The notes under the pieces were generated by a model. The model was not told the DNA's origin. It made no database searches and saw only the letters and a list, made by a program, of their open reading frames with translations. Shown one piece after another: positions 36,765 to 54,829 of a DNA stretch of 64,000 nucleotides; the first letter of the stretch is position 1; every line of letters starts with the position of its first letter. This stretch comes from Eledone cirrhosa (Eukaryota). The DNA is taken from contig OZ024746.1 of the NCBI GenBank assembly GCA_964016885.1, positions 99,200,001-99,264,000 of the forward strand, given 5' to 3'. The translations under genes were made by a program, and so were the position numbers.

Positions 36765-37487
36765 ATATATACGTAGTCGAAAAAGTATTCAACATTATTT
36801 CTTTTCGTGGGAAGTAATGACATTAGGGAGACAACAGTTTACAGACTGGAGCCGCGTATCATTAGTTGATTTTGCCTGTAAAATTTTTCCAGCGATTCAT
36901 TCCTTAGACATTCCAAACACATGGCCGTAGTATCGGAGCTATGATCTCTCAGTTCAGAGAAGTCGCGGCTCTACTTGGAGCGACTTCCTGTTCTCTGAAC
37001 TACGCTCCCTATTGAGTAATGTTACTCCAAAGACCCTTCAGAAGAACCCCGCTTCGGACGCTTGTAATTGCGATCGTATTCTTTTGGACAGTACCCAAGA
37101 CTTACGACCATAGTTAAGGGTTTGCACGAAAACCGAATTGAAGATAGTGAGTTTGGCTTTTACACCTTCTTCTGATGAGCGAGTGCTGAAACTGGTGCAT
37201 TACTGCACCACTTCCTGCAATTACTGCACCACTTCCTGCAATGACTGCACCACTTCCTGCAATTCTTTCACTTAATTCAGCCTCCTGTCTTCCATCACTC
37301 GTGAACATGGCCAGAGATACTTGAGCTTTTCCACCTGCTTCAGTGGAACTCCATTCACCTGTTGAGTACATTGCGTAGGGTCCTTAAACCAAAAATATAC
37401 TAAAATACACACGAAAAAACAGTTATATAAGCTAGAATGTTTCAGTGGTTGAATAGTATGAAAATCAGGCGTGCAACATTACATATA

Positions 37488-37839
37488 CAGTGTACCCCCG
37501 CACTCACGGTCCCTTTATTCGCGGATTTTTCCTAGAACCTAACTAATAATTGTTCGTGAAAACCACCGCATATTCGCGGATTGTAAATATCTTCCGCGAT
37601 TTTTTTAATGGCTTTCTTCGTGGCAATACATATTTAACACTAAATAAATAATAACAATATACTGTATTTGCTGGTCTATTGGACGCCCCTTCACTCTTTA
37701 TTTTAAAATTATATTTTGCGTTATATTTTGATGTTATAGGCTTTGGGGGGGGGGGGGGGGGGGGGGGCAATATTCGCGGTATTTCATTCTTCGCGGGTGC
37801 TTTAGGAACATAACCCCCGCAAATGCCGGGGGACAAATG
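37488..37839. mobile_element. pogo/Tigger-like MITE (second copy)
   Basis: TA followed by CAGTGTACCCCCG; colinear with 18272-18648. Confidence 0.7.
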
Positions 37840-37843
37840 AATT

Positions 37844-37918
<75 letters not shown>

Positions 37919-38357
37919 TGAGAGAGAGAACTGGAATTCGTCTGGCAAAAGTATTATATTACAAACGTTAATTATATGCAGTGGTTTGCATAACAGAATT
38001 GGTTATTAAACACCCAGGAGAAATATGTATACACAAACCTGTCTACAGAGAATAAATCTCATTTATTTGTTACTGAATGTCATATTGGTTTTCCATGGAA
38101 TTTAATCAATTGCTTCCTCCTTGTATGTCATCTCGTTTTCAGAATTAATTATATAAATAATATAACAGAGTAACAGAACGAACGGTCCCCCGTTGATTTA
38201 TTGGCAGTATCGGTAGAGGGTATGACGCCATCCTTTGCAGCATAGAGTTACGGCTCTTTATGATCTGAGTTCAAATCCTGCCGAGGTTAACTTTGCCTTG
38301 CCAGCTGTTGAAACGGCGAGAGTTCAGCCGTCGGGCTCTGAATCTCTATAATATATA

Positions 38358-38433
38358 CATGTATGTATGTATGTATGTATGTATGTATGTATGTATGTAT
38401 GTATGTATGTATGTATGTATGTATGTATGTATG

Positions 38434-38531
<98 letters not shown>

Positions 38532-38535
38532 TGTA

Positions 38536-38567
<32 letters not shown>

Positions 38568-38571
38568 TATA

Positions 38572-38607
<36 letters not shown>

Positions 38608-38635
38608 TGTAAGTAAGTAAGTAAGTAAGTAAGTA

Positions 38636-38667
<32 letters not shown>

Positions 38668-38685
38668 TGTATGTATGTATGTATG

Positions 38686-38716
<31 letters not shown>

Positions 38717-38833
38717 GTAAGTAAGTAAGTAAGTAAGTATGTATGTAAGTAAGTATGTATGTATGTATGTATGTATGTATGTATGTATGTATGCATGTAT
38801 GTAAGTAAGTATGTATGTATGTATGTATGTATG

Positions 38834-38864
<31 letters not shown>

Positions 38865-38897
38865 GTAAGTATGTAAGTAAGTAAGTATGTATGTATG

Positions 38898-38928
<31 letters not shown>

Positions 38929-38945
38929 GTATGTATGTATGTATG

Positions 38946-38979
<34 letters not shown>

Positions 38980-39075
38980 TGTATGTATGTATGTATGTAT
39001 GTATGTATGCATACATGTATGTATGTATGTATGTATGTATGTATGTATGTATGTATGTATGTATGTATGTATGTA
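38358..39075. repeat. Compound (TATG)n/(TAAG)n tetranucleotide array
   Basis: Directly visible. Confidence 0.95.
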
Positions 39076-39365
39076 GGACCCCTAGCCTTAGTCAGGGCAT
39101 TCTTCTAGAAGAAGGCAACTCAGGAAACTGGGATAACTCCGATATAAAACCTACGGCTCAGTAGTTACCGATGATGTTGATCTTTTCTTCTTTCCGGGTT
39201 ATAGCTACTGTCTCTCAGAGAGTGGGATTGGCTCAGTGCACAGTCTTTCCTCATTTAAAAATATCGTTACGCACAGGCATTGCACGATAGAAATAATTAA
39301 TAATTATTAATAATGGTATATCGTGCAATGGCCATACTCGATAACGAGGGGGCAGCCATCATCAT
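39076..39365 (+). mobile_element. Interspersed repeat, unclassified (possibly LINE 5' UTR-derived)
   Basis: GACCCCTAGCCTT.GTCAGG..AGAAGAAGG segment repeated at 39660-39860 (+) and 49835-50075 (-). Confidence 0.5.
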
Positions 39366-40245
39366 GTATGTATGAAGGCATGTCTGAATGTATGTGTTTA
39401 TGCATGTATGTATATGTTTATGTATGTATGTATGTATATGTATGTATGTAGGCATGTATGTATGTATGTAGGCATGTGTGTATGTATGCCTTTGTCATTA
39501 ATTAATAATTATTAATAATGGTATATTGTGCAATGGCCATACTTGATAACGAGGGGGCAGCCATCATGTATGTAAGCATGTATGTATGTAGGCATGTATA
39601 TATGTATATATATAGGCATGTATGTATAGAGTCAATGGCCATCCAAAATCACCGGGAGAGATGACCCCTTAGCCTTTGTCAAGGCAGAATTCTAGGAGAA
39701 GGAAAACTCTGATATAACACCTGCAACCCTGATGGTATCCAATGATGTTGACTTGTTCTTCTTTTTGGTAAATATTATCTTGGTTAAGAGAGTGGGACTG
39801 GCTTTGTGCAGTGCCTTTGCTCACTATAAAAGCTTCACGGCACAGGCATTGCTTTATATCTGGAGATCTCTCTGCACTTGTCATCACATGGTACCATGGG
39901 CCCAGCACTATGTGTCAATAATTGTCACAAGTGTAGTGTTTGTACCAGAGTTTTCAAGTCCCTGGCTGGACTAAAAAGTCACATTCGTTCAGCGCATCGG
40001 TAGGGGTTCTCCTACATGGATATAAAGTAGTGGCCGTACTCGAAAACGAGTTGGCAGCCACCACCATATATGTATATATATAGGCATGTATGTATATATA
40101 TATGTATAAATACATATCAATATATACACTGAAATATGTGTTATACGTACAAAAGTGTATAATATATGTGTGTAAGTATGGGACATACCTCATCTCAGAC
40201 AGCAGGGAAGGAAAGGATGGAATATTGCCTGAAGTGTTAATGTTG

Positions 40246-40310
<65 letters not shown>

Positions 40311-40409
40311 GGAGAGAGAGAGAGAGAGAAGGTGCCACATGTGTTGAAGTATTTCTTGTTTTTGATTTTATTGATAATAAAGTCTCGAATAATGTTTCAT
40401 AAATGTAGC

Positions 40410-41075
40410 TGTGTATGTGTGTGTGTATGTATGTGTGTGTGTATGTGTGTGTGTGTGTATGTATGTACATTCGTATGAATGTGTGTATGTGGTGTGTATG
40501 TATGTGTGTGTGTGTATGTCTGTGCATTTGTATGAATGTGTGTGTGTGTATGTATGTACATTCGTATGAATGTGTGTATGTGGTGTGTATGTACTGTGTG
40601 TGTGTGTGTATGTCTGTGCATTTGTATGAATGTGTGTGTGTGTGTGTGTATGTCTGTACATTTGTATGGATGTGTGTATGTGTGTGTATGTATGAGTGTG
40701 TGTATGTATGTACATTTGTATGTATGTGTGTGTATGTATGTGTGTGTGTGTATGTATGTACTTTTGTATGTATGTGTGTGTGTGTATGTATGTACATTTG
40801 TATGTATGTGTGTATGTATGTATGTACATTTGTATGAATGTGTGTGTGTATGTATGTACATTTGTATGAATATGTGTATGTGTATGTCTGTGCATTTGTA
40901 TGTATGTGTATATGTGTGTATATGTATGTATGTAGATTTGTATGAATGTGTGTGTGTGTGTATGTACATGTATGAAATCTGTGTGAGTGTGTGTATGTAC
41001 ATGTATGAAATCTGTGTGCATATGTGTATGTACATGTGTATGTATGTAGATGTATGACTGTGTGAGTGTGATTGT
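40410..41075. repeat. Degenerate (TG)/(TATG) microsatellite with internal higher-order duplications
   Basis: Repeated CATTTGTATGAA / CATTCGTATGAA punctuation within TG repeats. Confidence 0.9.
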
Positions 41076-41549
41076 GCTAGTAGTGTGGAAGAAAATCTAG
41101 AGAATGGGTTATGTTCTAAAAATGGCAGCTCTACAGTGATAACACAGACAAAGGTAACAGTGACAGGAGGAGGGAGGGGGGGCATATTTAATAACCCCCC
41201 CCCCATCCCTGTTTTGCCAACCAAGTAAAGAATGAACAGAACAGACATGAGTTAAATATTTCCTCAGAACACATAAGAGTTACTTTACATGGAAAAGTTT
41301 AAATTCCATTTCTAATGTACATACCAGAAATAGAGGACTTAAATGTGAGCTTTGCTATAAGTAGGTAGCTGGGGTTTGTGTTAAAGGTGGCTTAGGAAGG
41401 GATTTAATCTATACCAGTGTGGGGTTAGTTATAGCCAATTACTTTCATTTTTTTAAGTAACAATTCCGTTTAAGGCTAATTTAATTTCAGCCAAGCGAAG
41501 AGAGAAAAACAACTAATCTGATGGGAAAACAACATAAAATAACAACATA

Positions 41550-41765
41550 ATAATTTCTGATTTAGAAACAAGGCCAACAATTTTGGGGGCAGTGAAGTTG
41601 ATTAAATCGATACCAGTCCATTACTGGTACTTTATTTTATCGACACTTGTAAGTATGAATGGCAATACTAACTTCGGCGGGATTTGAACTCAGAATGTAA
41701 AGGGATGTAACTCTATGCCACAATACATGGTGTCCGACGCTCTACCAATTCTGCCAATCTACCAA
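41550..41765 (-). mobile_element. SINE family 1
   Basis: Reverse complement head, core and tail. Confidence 0.8.
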
Positions 41766-42386
41766 CTTACAATATAATAAAATCGATTCAACATAGGCGA
41801 AAACAAGGATGGAAAATGTAGATTTTATTTGGGAGAAGGAAGTATGTATGTATGTATGTATGTATGTATGTATGTATGTATGTATGTATGTATGTATGTA
41901 TGTATGTATGTATGTACGTACGTACGTATGTATGTATGTACGTATGTATATATGTATGTATGTATGTATGTATGCATGTTTGTATGTATGTTCTTCTGGT
42001 TTTATAATTTCACAAAGTTTTACCAATAGAGAGAGAGAGTCAGTTTCTAACATAGACACAAGACTCTCTCATTGGAATTTACACAACATCAACTAGGTAG
42101 ATATGTATGCATGTGTAGATATGGATGTTATTGTATGTGTGGATGTGGATGTTTTGAGTTGTATGTGTGCATGTGTATATACTTTGCATCTGTACATGTG
42201 TACATGCAGTTATTACATGTATGTATATAAGTGTTTATGTATCTGTATGATGTAAGTATGTATATATGTATGTATGTGCGTATGTATGTATGTATGTATA
42301 TATGCATCTATATATGTTCTGGTTTTATAATTTTATAAATTTTTACCACTAAAGAGAGCCGGTTTCTATGTATGTATTTATGTATT

Positions 42387-42420
<34 letters not shown>

Positions 42421-43031
42421 TGCATGTATGTATGTATGTATGTATGTATGTATGTATGTATGTGTGAATGTGCATATGTATGTGCACAGACAGGAATATA
42501 TGTGTATGCATATATGTCATTGAATCTTGAATGTGTATATGTATTCTTGTTTACTTACGAAGTCCTGGAATTTTTAAACATATTTCTAGTTTCATCAATG
42601 GTTTGTAATTAGTTGTAATTATAAATAGGCGTAATCTTTCTCATTTTATAGAGCCTAGGTACGACGATTGGTACTGAGGCACTTGAGTACGCAACGAATA
42701 TCGCCAAAATTCCTGGCTATAAGTTAGAGACATATAGCGTTCAGGGGGAATTTTGTAAACCTGGCTGGGCCCATCTCCTCACCAGGTCTGACCACACCCA
42801 ATGTCTTCGAGAGAAGGAGAGAGAGAGAGAGATAGTGATAGCTATGCCTGCAGGAGTGACCAACCCTGTCTCCACAGCAGTGAGTAAGGAAATGATCTGA
42901 GAACCAAGAACACCGGAAGTCTTTAGTGGTTTGAAAGTCTATTCACATTAATCAAATTCTCAAAAAATCGCTAATAGTCTTACATGAGGCGAAAAAGAAA
43001 ATTCTCACATTTTTCTACTAACCTCATAAAT

Positions 43032-43373
43032 CAGAGATTCTCAAAGTGGGCGTTATGGCCCCCGGCACCGGGGGCGTTGAGAAGGTCCTGGGGGGCACTG
43101 GGGCCTAAGGAGGCGGTACGGAGAAAGGTAGAGATGATATAATACTATATTAGATATCAAATGATACATATAATATATAAAGATAGTAAAATAAAAAATA
43201 TATTTATTTATACATAGCATATATGTCATTTATTATATATAAATTAGCGATTTTATTTATTATATATTATTTACAATTTGTGTGTAGATAGGTCTCTCTG
43301 GAAATAGGGGTGGATGCGCTGGGGGTATTACGTGGCCTCGAAGGAGGGGTCCTCAAAAGTTTGAAAACCTCTG
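43032..43373. mobile_element. hAT MITE with 8-bp TSD
   Basis: TIRs CAGAGATTCTCAAAGT / AGTTTGAAAACCTCTG and TSD TCATAAAT. Half copies at 17737-17934 and 33278-33488. Confidence 0.85.
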
Positions 43374-45162
43374 TCATAAATCATGGAACTGTTAACATAA
43401 CACTTTTTACGAACATGTGTGTAGTCACACACACTCACTCACACACACACACGTCACACACACATCTCGTATATGCTTTCTAATGGATTGAGACACTCTG
43501 TTGGTAACGACGACGAGTGTTCCATTTGATCTGAACAACGGAACTACCAGCTAAGTGGACTGGAGCAGCGTGAAATAAAGTGTCTTGCTCAAGGACACAA
43601 CGCTTCACCGCGAATCGAACTCCCCTCTATACGATTGTGAGCCAAATACCCTAACCACAAAGCCACGCACCTTTACATGTTTTCACATACGCCCTTATTA
43701 TATACAAATATATTTATACACGCCTCACACACATAGATTACATTGGCTAACACACTTTTTACTGATTTAGGTTTTGTTGTTGTTTTTAACTAATTTTGAG
43801 GAGTTGGTTTCAAACATGGCATCCATTTGCCCCTAACTCATCAGGTTTGCATGTTTGCTCAGCTATTCCATAAACATAGGAAACACGGATATTTTGTATA
43901 CCCTCCTTGATGGCCAAGTGAAAACTTGACGTGATAGAAAAAAAGTATTGTCATTTATAAACTCAGCGGCCACAAATTACTCAAGAACACGTCTCAAACG
44001 TTGGTCAGCAGAAGAAAAGCAACATTTTGTTGGCCAGTGTAATTAAAAGTAAATGGATTCTCGGTAAGTTTCCAGTTGTTTGATTAACTGAATTCCTTAA
44101 TCATTGAATTAAAATATATTGAGTTACATGAGTATTACAGAGATACGTGTACACTCAGACAAAATACAAGTGACACAGAATGTGAAGAAGCGGGCGATTT
44201 GTAGGAATACTACTGTCCATTCAGGCGGGGAATTGGCAGATTCGTTGTCAGATAGAATGCTTTATGGTATTCATTCCAGCTCTCTGCTCTCTGAGTTCAA
44301 ATCCCACCGAGGTCAACTTTACCTTTCATCTTTGCAAGGTCGATAAAAAAGTACCAGTCTTGTACTGGGATCGATTCTTCCTCTATATCTCTTTCTCATT
44401 TCCTCTCTCTCACTTTCTATCTTTCTCTGGAAGAAATCTGTTGTACTCAGGCCTGGAGAGGGATGGGCTCTGCCGGGCTTAAAATGCCTGAGAGACACTG
44501 TATGTCAATACGGTGCTCCTACGACTCTATCAGGAGTTATGGGACCATACAAACACACATAGTCCATTTGGGAAGCCCTTTCATCGTCACAATTTAACTC
44601 ATATATATTAGATCCAATACACACACGCACACACACACATACACATACATGTATGTGTGTGTACGTGAGTATGTGTGTGTACGTGAGTATGTGTACACCT
44701 CCACATCTACCCACGCACTCACATGGACACATGCACACACATACATGCACACACATACACATGCAGACACACAAACACCCCCCCCCCCACCCACATGCAT
44801 GCATATTTGTGTACGTGAGTATGTGTACACCGCCGCATCCATTCACACACTCATACGCACACCAGCACACACACACACATGCATGCATGTTTATGTACGT
44901 AAGTATGTCTACACCACCACATTCATCCACACACCCACCCACACAGCAGCACACACACACACATACACACACACACACACATCAATATATGTAGTTTCCG
45001 TTTGTTCAGGCCCTTTAATCCCCGTATTTATGAATCAGAGGATTTAAATCATTGATGGCGGAAAAGAAGTAATTTGATAGTTGAAAGGTAACTGTCGGAT
45101 AATCCGGCTATTAAATATACATAGAAACTACCTTTTCCTATTGACTTCTTACATTTCTTTGC

Positions 45163-45228
<66 letters not shown>

Positions 45229-45607
45229 GGATCTAGCTGTCGAAATGGCCGGAGCTCAGTCGTCGGGGACCCGACTCTTTTCCTATTACTCACTCTACTA
45301 CCCTAAGTATTGAGTACTCTGGTACGTTATGGTCCATATGGTATCTTACCACACCCTCTTTGTTATATATATCAATATATATATATATATAAGAAAATGA
45401 GGTTATTTTTAAATGAAAAAAAACGTGATGTCCTACACGAGTGAAAGTATGAGGAAAACAGATGAAATCGAAAATGCAACTGGAGTCTTTTTTTAAAAAA
45501 TATATTTATTTATTTGGTTCCTTTACCGGTTTCGCAGTTCTTCTGCTTTTCAAAAGTAGAGTTGAGATGGAGGGTCTGTGGTTTTTCACACATCTGTATA
45601 TATACAT

Positions 45608-45719
<112 letters not shown>

Positions 45720-45850
45720 GAAGTTGTATTAAATTTGTTGGAATTCCGACAAACATAAATGTTTATAACTGATATAGAGCACTCGACAAGTTACTGGAGT
45801 AAATATTCCAAGATATTAATAAATGGAAACTATATTTATAAAACCATATT

Positions 45851-45915
45851 TATTTTATTATATATATTTCAAGGGCGACCAAGCCAATCTTGGTACACTT
45901 TCATCAGATAAAATA
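45851..45915 (-). ncRNA. Type I hammerhead ribozyme motif (family B)
   Basis: Minus strand reads TATTTTAT-CTGATGA-AAGTGTACCAAG..CTTGGTCGCCCTT-GAAA-TATATA-TA-ATAAAATA. Homologous to 7145-7208. Confidence 0.75.
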
Positions 45916-46017
45916 CAAAATTTGTTTTATAAATAACGACATACCCATGGAAATTCACTGGATAGTCCTTTTTTAAAATATATATATATATTTATATGAA
46001 TATAAACAATCGTAAAT

Positions 46018-46956
46018 TTAGAAAATTTGAGCGGATATGGAGAATATTGTGTATATTTTATTCGCCTCCTCACGGGATGATGTAAGGATGAGTATGTCAT
46101 CTACATATCGGGTGAAGAAGGTATGGGAATGGCAGGTGTTGAGGGCTCGGCATTCTAGCTGGTTCATATAGGTGATGGCCAGCAGGCCCGATAGGCTGGA
46201 TCCCATGGGTAATCCTGTTGTCTGTTTGTATGTGTGATGGTGGAAGGTGAAGTACGTGTTGTCTACTGTGAAGGACAAAAGCTGGTGTATGTCCGTCGGA
46301 TGGAGGCCGTAGCAGTGGATGTCCTCTGCGACCACGCAGTCCGTCAATAAATCGACAGCTGGGTGACCGGGGACTGTAGTGTAGAGGGAGACAACGTCGA
46401 GGCTAAAGGCGCATCTATTTAGTTTAAGTTGTTCTGGCTGGAGTTGGTGTAGTCTACGTATAACTTCGTCGGAGCTACTGACATGCCCGGGAAAGGTGGA
46501 GAGTAGAGGCTTGAGGACCTGGGAGAGGAGCCAGGAAATTTTGTATAGGGGTCCTTCTATGCTAGAGACGATGGGTCTTATTTGCGTCTTAGTACTATTC
46601 TTGTGGGTCTTGATGAGGTGGTAGAAAGTGGGCAGTCTGCTATTTCTAGTGGTATAGTTGAGCTTAACTTTATTTGGGACTTGTCTTCTCCTACAGATGT
46701 CGAACCAGATGGACTTGGTTTGTTTTTCGATCTCGGCTGCAGTTATGTCCGGGACCTCTGTATACAGTTCGTTGTCGCTTAGGTGTTCAAAGTCTAGGTT
46801 GTTGTATGTGGCTTGAGAGATGACGCAGAACTCTTTACCTTTGTCGGATGGTAAGTATATAAGTTCCCTATTCCGTAGGTTCTTCAGGGCGAGATGTTGC
46901 GTCCTGGAGAGGTTTGGGGCTATCTTCTTCTGTATCCGTATCTTTTGCATTTGCAT
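46018..46956 (-). mobile_element. Penelope-like element reverse transcriptase fragment
   Basis: PSDKG, PTFYHLIKTHK, IRPIVSS, FSLDVVSLYTTVP, GLPMGSSLSG and RYVDDIL. Confidence 0.9.
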
Positions 46957-47525
46957 TCTTTATTCTATGTCCATACCTGCATTGTTTTGGCTTTATTATA
47001 CATATACAAACGTTTATACCTCCTTACACAATGCTTCAAGTGAACTATAACTTCCTCCCATATATATATATACGTGCATACATATATCTAGGATTAAACA
47101 TACCGATTTTAGACGGAAAAGAAAAACAAATCCATCATGTCTGTGTGAAATAGAAGTATATTTTACAGATATCAATACTGTTTTTCTTTGTTAAAGAGCG
47201 TTGCAAAAGATATATTATTGAGTTTATGAGTTTTTAACGTTGGAACATGTGGTTAAACTTACATGTGTAGCTTGCTTACTATTTCACAGGTTTGCCAGGT
47301 AATCCCAACGAGATTACTTCGGTTAGTTAGGCACGACAACCATTGGAATTATTTTCATGATAATATCACATCTGGTTTCTATATTAATACGCACCCGCAC
47401 GTGTATCTCATGGAAACATACACACACACACACACATACATATGCGCACAGAGGGACGGACATACTCTCACATATATATGTGTATGTGTGTCTGTATGTG
47501 TGTGTGATAACATGCATGTATGTGT

Positions 47526-47558
<33 letters not shown>

Positions 47559-47634
47559 CATATATATAAAAATATATATACATATACATATACATATAAA
47601 TATACAAATAGACACACACACACACAAACCCACA

Positions 47635-47684
<50 letters not shown>

Positions 47685-48471
47685 CAGAGAGAGACAAAGA
47701 GAGAGAGAGAGAGCGAGAGAGAGAGAAAGAAAGAGCGAGAGGGGGAGATAGAGAGAGAGAGAGAGATATAGAGAGCGAGAGAGAGAGAGAAAGAAAGAGA
47801 TAGAGGGGGGAGTTCACAGGAGAGAGTTCATAGTAATTCGTAGTAAGAGAACTTAAGCTTGGGCAGAATAGAGAATATCTATATGAGTGCTGGCTGTATA
47901 GACTTCAATTATTAGCTTCTGAAAGGTTATATGAATCAGTTCTATTCCCACGACTATCACATCACAGTTATTCCCTGGGGTGGCCAACAGTCGGAAGGGA
48001 TATACTAGAAGTTTATTTCTCATGAAACATCTGTATTCCAATTGCTTTCAAATGTTTTCTTTATGCGGGGAGTCCATAGTGGCATAACGTATATTATATG
48101 TATATATATAACTTATATCCATATAAATATACACATATAACTTATATATTATATATATATATGTATATATATATGTATATATATATATATATATATAATA
48201 TACAATATTAAATAAATGGAAAACTATATTTATAAAACCATATCTATTTCATTATATATATTTCGGGGATATCATATTAACAATATGCTATGCCTTCAGG
48301 AGAGATGGGCGATAGAGAGCGAGAGATAGCATTGCTTTATTGTACTACAATAAAACTCACCTCCTATATATATACCCCACTATCAGGCTAAAGAATTTCT
48401 TTAGTAAAAAATACGGCGATAGCTTATATTTCTAATTACAAACTCGCTCGCTGTTTCGAAAAATATTCTTA

Positions 48472-48576
<105 letters not shown>

Positions 48577-48579
48577 TAT

Positions 48580-48613
<34 letters not shown>

Positions 48614-50541
48614 GTATGTTTATATATACGATCGTAACTAGAGTGGTTACCTAAAAGGGGGTATTTCAATGAATTTACCGAATGATGCACACATTTCAAC
48701 TGCCTCAGTATTTGTGTATTCAATATTTACATACCTTCTGTTATTGGTGTACAATATAAGAAACAGAGAAACACGTATAAAGTTTGATTTTATACTGAGA
48801 CATTTTCTCTGATCCATTCCACTTGTCATAAGTCCCTGGTCACCAGAGTTTAATTTAATTTTGCATGTGTTTTTGAGAAGTCAAGAAGTCATGTCTTCCC
48901 AGACAATCCTTTTGGCTGTTTTTATTTTCCTGAAGAAATATAGATATTTGACAGTTGATATTCTAGATAAACGAATTTCAGTTTGATTATATAAAGTAAC
49001 TTAGTAACAAAGTACCAGTAATGCACTGGGTAATTGCTGGCCTTGTGCCAAAAGTAGAAACAATTATATAAAGTAACTTACCATATGTAAAAGATCTCAT
49101 TTTTTCCACATGTGAAATCATTAATTTGATGAATGTGTGAAAGTGTGCGATTATTGGTGTGTGAACGTGTGTGTGGGTGTGTGTGTTTGTTTGTGTGTGA
49201 ACCTATCTGTGTGTGTGTGAACGTATGTGTGTAGGTGCACGTGTGTGTGTATATGTGTGTGTGCACGTGTGTTTGTATGTGTGTATATAATGGTGAGTTG
49301 GGATTTAATCGGATGTATATTTCGGAAAAAGCGAATTTAAACATAAAAATTCTCAACAGCTGAAATTGTAACCAAATCAGTGGCACTCCGTCGGTTACGA
49401 CGATGAGTGTTCCAGTTGATCCGATCCATGGAACAGCCTGCTCGTGAAATTAATATGCAAGTGGTTGAGTATTCTGCAAACACATGTACTCTTAACGTAA
49501 TTCTCAGGGAGATTCAGCGTAACAAAGAATGTGACAAGGCTGGCCCTTCGAATTACAGGTACAACTCAGTTTTGCCAGCTGAGTGGACTGGAGCAACAGG
49601 CACACGCTCACACATACGCACACATACACACACATACATACACACGCATACATACATACATACATACATGCATGTATGCATGTATGTATGTATGATGGCT
49701 GCAAACTCTGCTAAGAATACTGCAATCGCTTGTCAGATTATAGAATTTGGTGCACTTTTAGGCTACGGCCAGCTACACGAACCTGTAACATATCCTGAAC
49801 AAGCAATGCCTGCGCTTTGGAGGATTTGTTAAGTGGGGAAAGGCCTTGCACTCGACCAATCCCACTCTCTGAGTGACAGTAGCTATAACCCGAAAAGAAG
49901 AAAAGATCAACATCATCGGTAACTATTGAGCCGCAGGTTTTATGACGGAGTTATCCCAGTTTCCTGTGTTGCCTTCTCCTAGAAGAATGTCCTGACAAAG
50001 GCTAGGGGTCCTTCACTCCCAGTGGTTTAACCACGCGATCAGGTGTCCAGCACGACTATTTCTATGTCCCCGCGCATATACATACACATGCACCCATGTA
50101 TATACACATATACATATACATACATATGTACATGTGTATATACATATTTACACACCTTTTGATGGCCGTTGACTCTTATGAGTTCTTCTGCCCTTTGTCA
50201 GGGTGTCCAAAATCCTCCTCCTCACCAAGTAAACTTGGCGGAGTTGCCGGTTTAGTCGCCGACAACCCGACCATGCGACAGGTTGTACTGGGTTACATGT
50301 TACCAGTAGCACTCAAGAGTGACTCGACATACATACATATATACGTAAAGCTTATTATAGCCGTAAGCACATGATTTTCATACGATCGTGTATGTAAAAA
50401 CATACACGATTCTTTCAGAGGGTATATTGATTGTGGAAGTTCGATTTATCGACTAGCATATTAGTGGTTACGTTACTACGTATTTCTGGTCGAAAAATTC
50501 CTGTTCGATCGTCTTCTAATATCATATCATATTTATTATAT

Positions 50542-50572
<31 letters not shown>

Positions 50573-50610
50573 CATGTGTGTATGTATATGTAGGTGTGTG
50601 CTACATTCTT

Positions 50611-53956
<3,346 letters not shown>

Positions 53957-54829
53957 CCTATCTATCTATCTATCTGTCTGTATGTCTGTCTGTATGTATG
54001 TCAGTCTACCTATCTACTTACATGCCATCAACATAAGATAACTATATATGCAAGCGAGCATAAACCTTACATACAAATATTCCTAGACTATACTAAGATC
54101 ACACCTACACAAGCCCGCTAACATATAAGTACAAACAACTACATCAAATACATATTACTACACGTTTAGCCAGACATTCAAAAGCCTAGCTTCACAGACA
54201 AGTTCCTTGAACAGCTGTCGTTGTTGTAGAGTCAAAATATTCACTTGTAAACCGTCTTTTACACGAGGTTTACATCGGATTTTATGTCAGCTAGGAAGGC
54301 AGCATCTTTATTTACATTCATTTAATACCCTTGAAGTGATCACAAAGTTTAACATAAGCCCGGATATCTTCTTCTTCTTCTTCTTGAGAGTGTCATGAGG
54401 GACAGAGTCCTCAAACACACCTTCCAGTGGGTCCTGTCAGAAGCAACCGTCCCCAACTAATCTGGTTGGGTCCCTAATCACCATCATCTTATATATATAG
54501 TTGTTATTAAGCTAACGATAGATTTTAAATGAGCCACAGTAAAGTCAATTACCAGTTCATAAATAAAAATGGGTAAAACGGGTGCTAAACTAGGAAGGAT
54601 ATAATTCATTAGAAACAGTTGCCATCATTGTAGATAGTCTACCATACTTCTGCTGGGTTTACCTTTTGGAAGCAGAACAGTCTCAAATCTTTCCTGTGGC
54701 TACCCGCAGGTGTGAACCTGTGGCTACCCGCAGGTTCACACCTCACGACTTGGAATGGCTCTTCCAACGCGTCTCCCTCACCATCCTCTCTATTTTACCC
54801 GCCAAGGTCGTGGGGCGAGCGAGAGAGAC

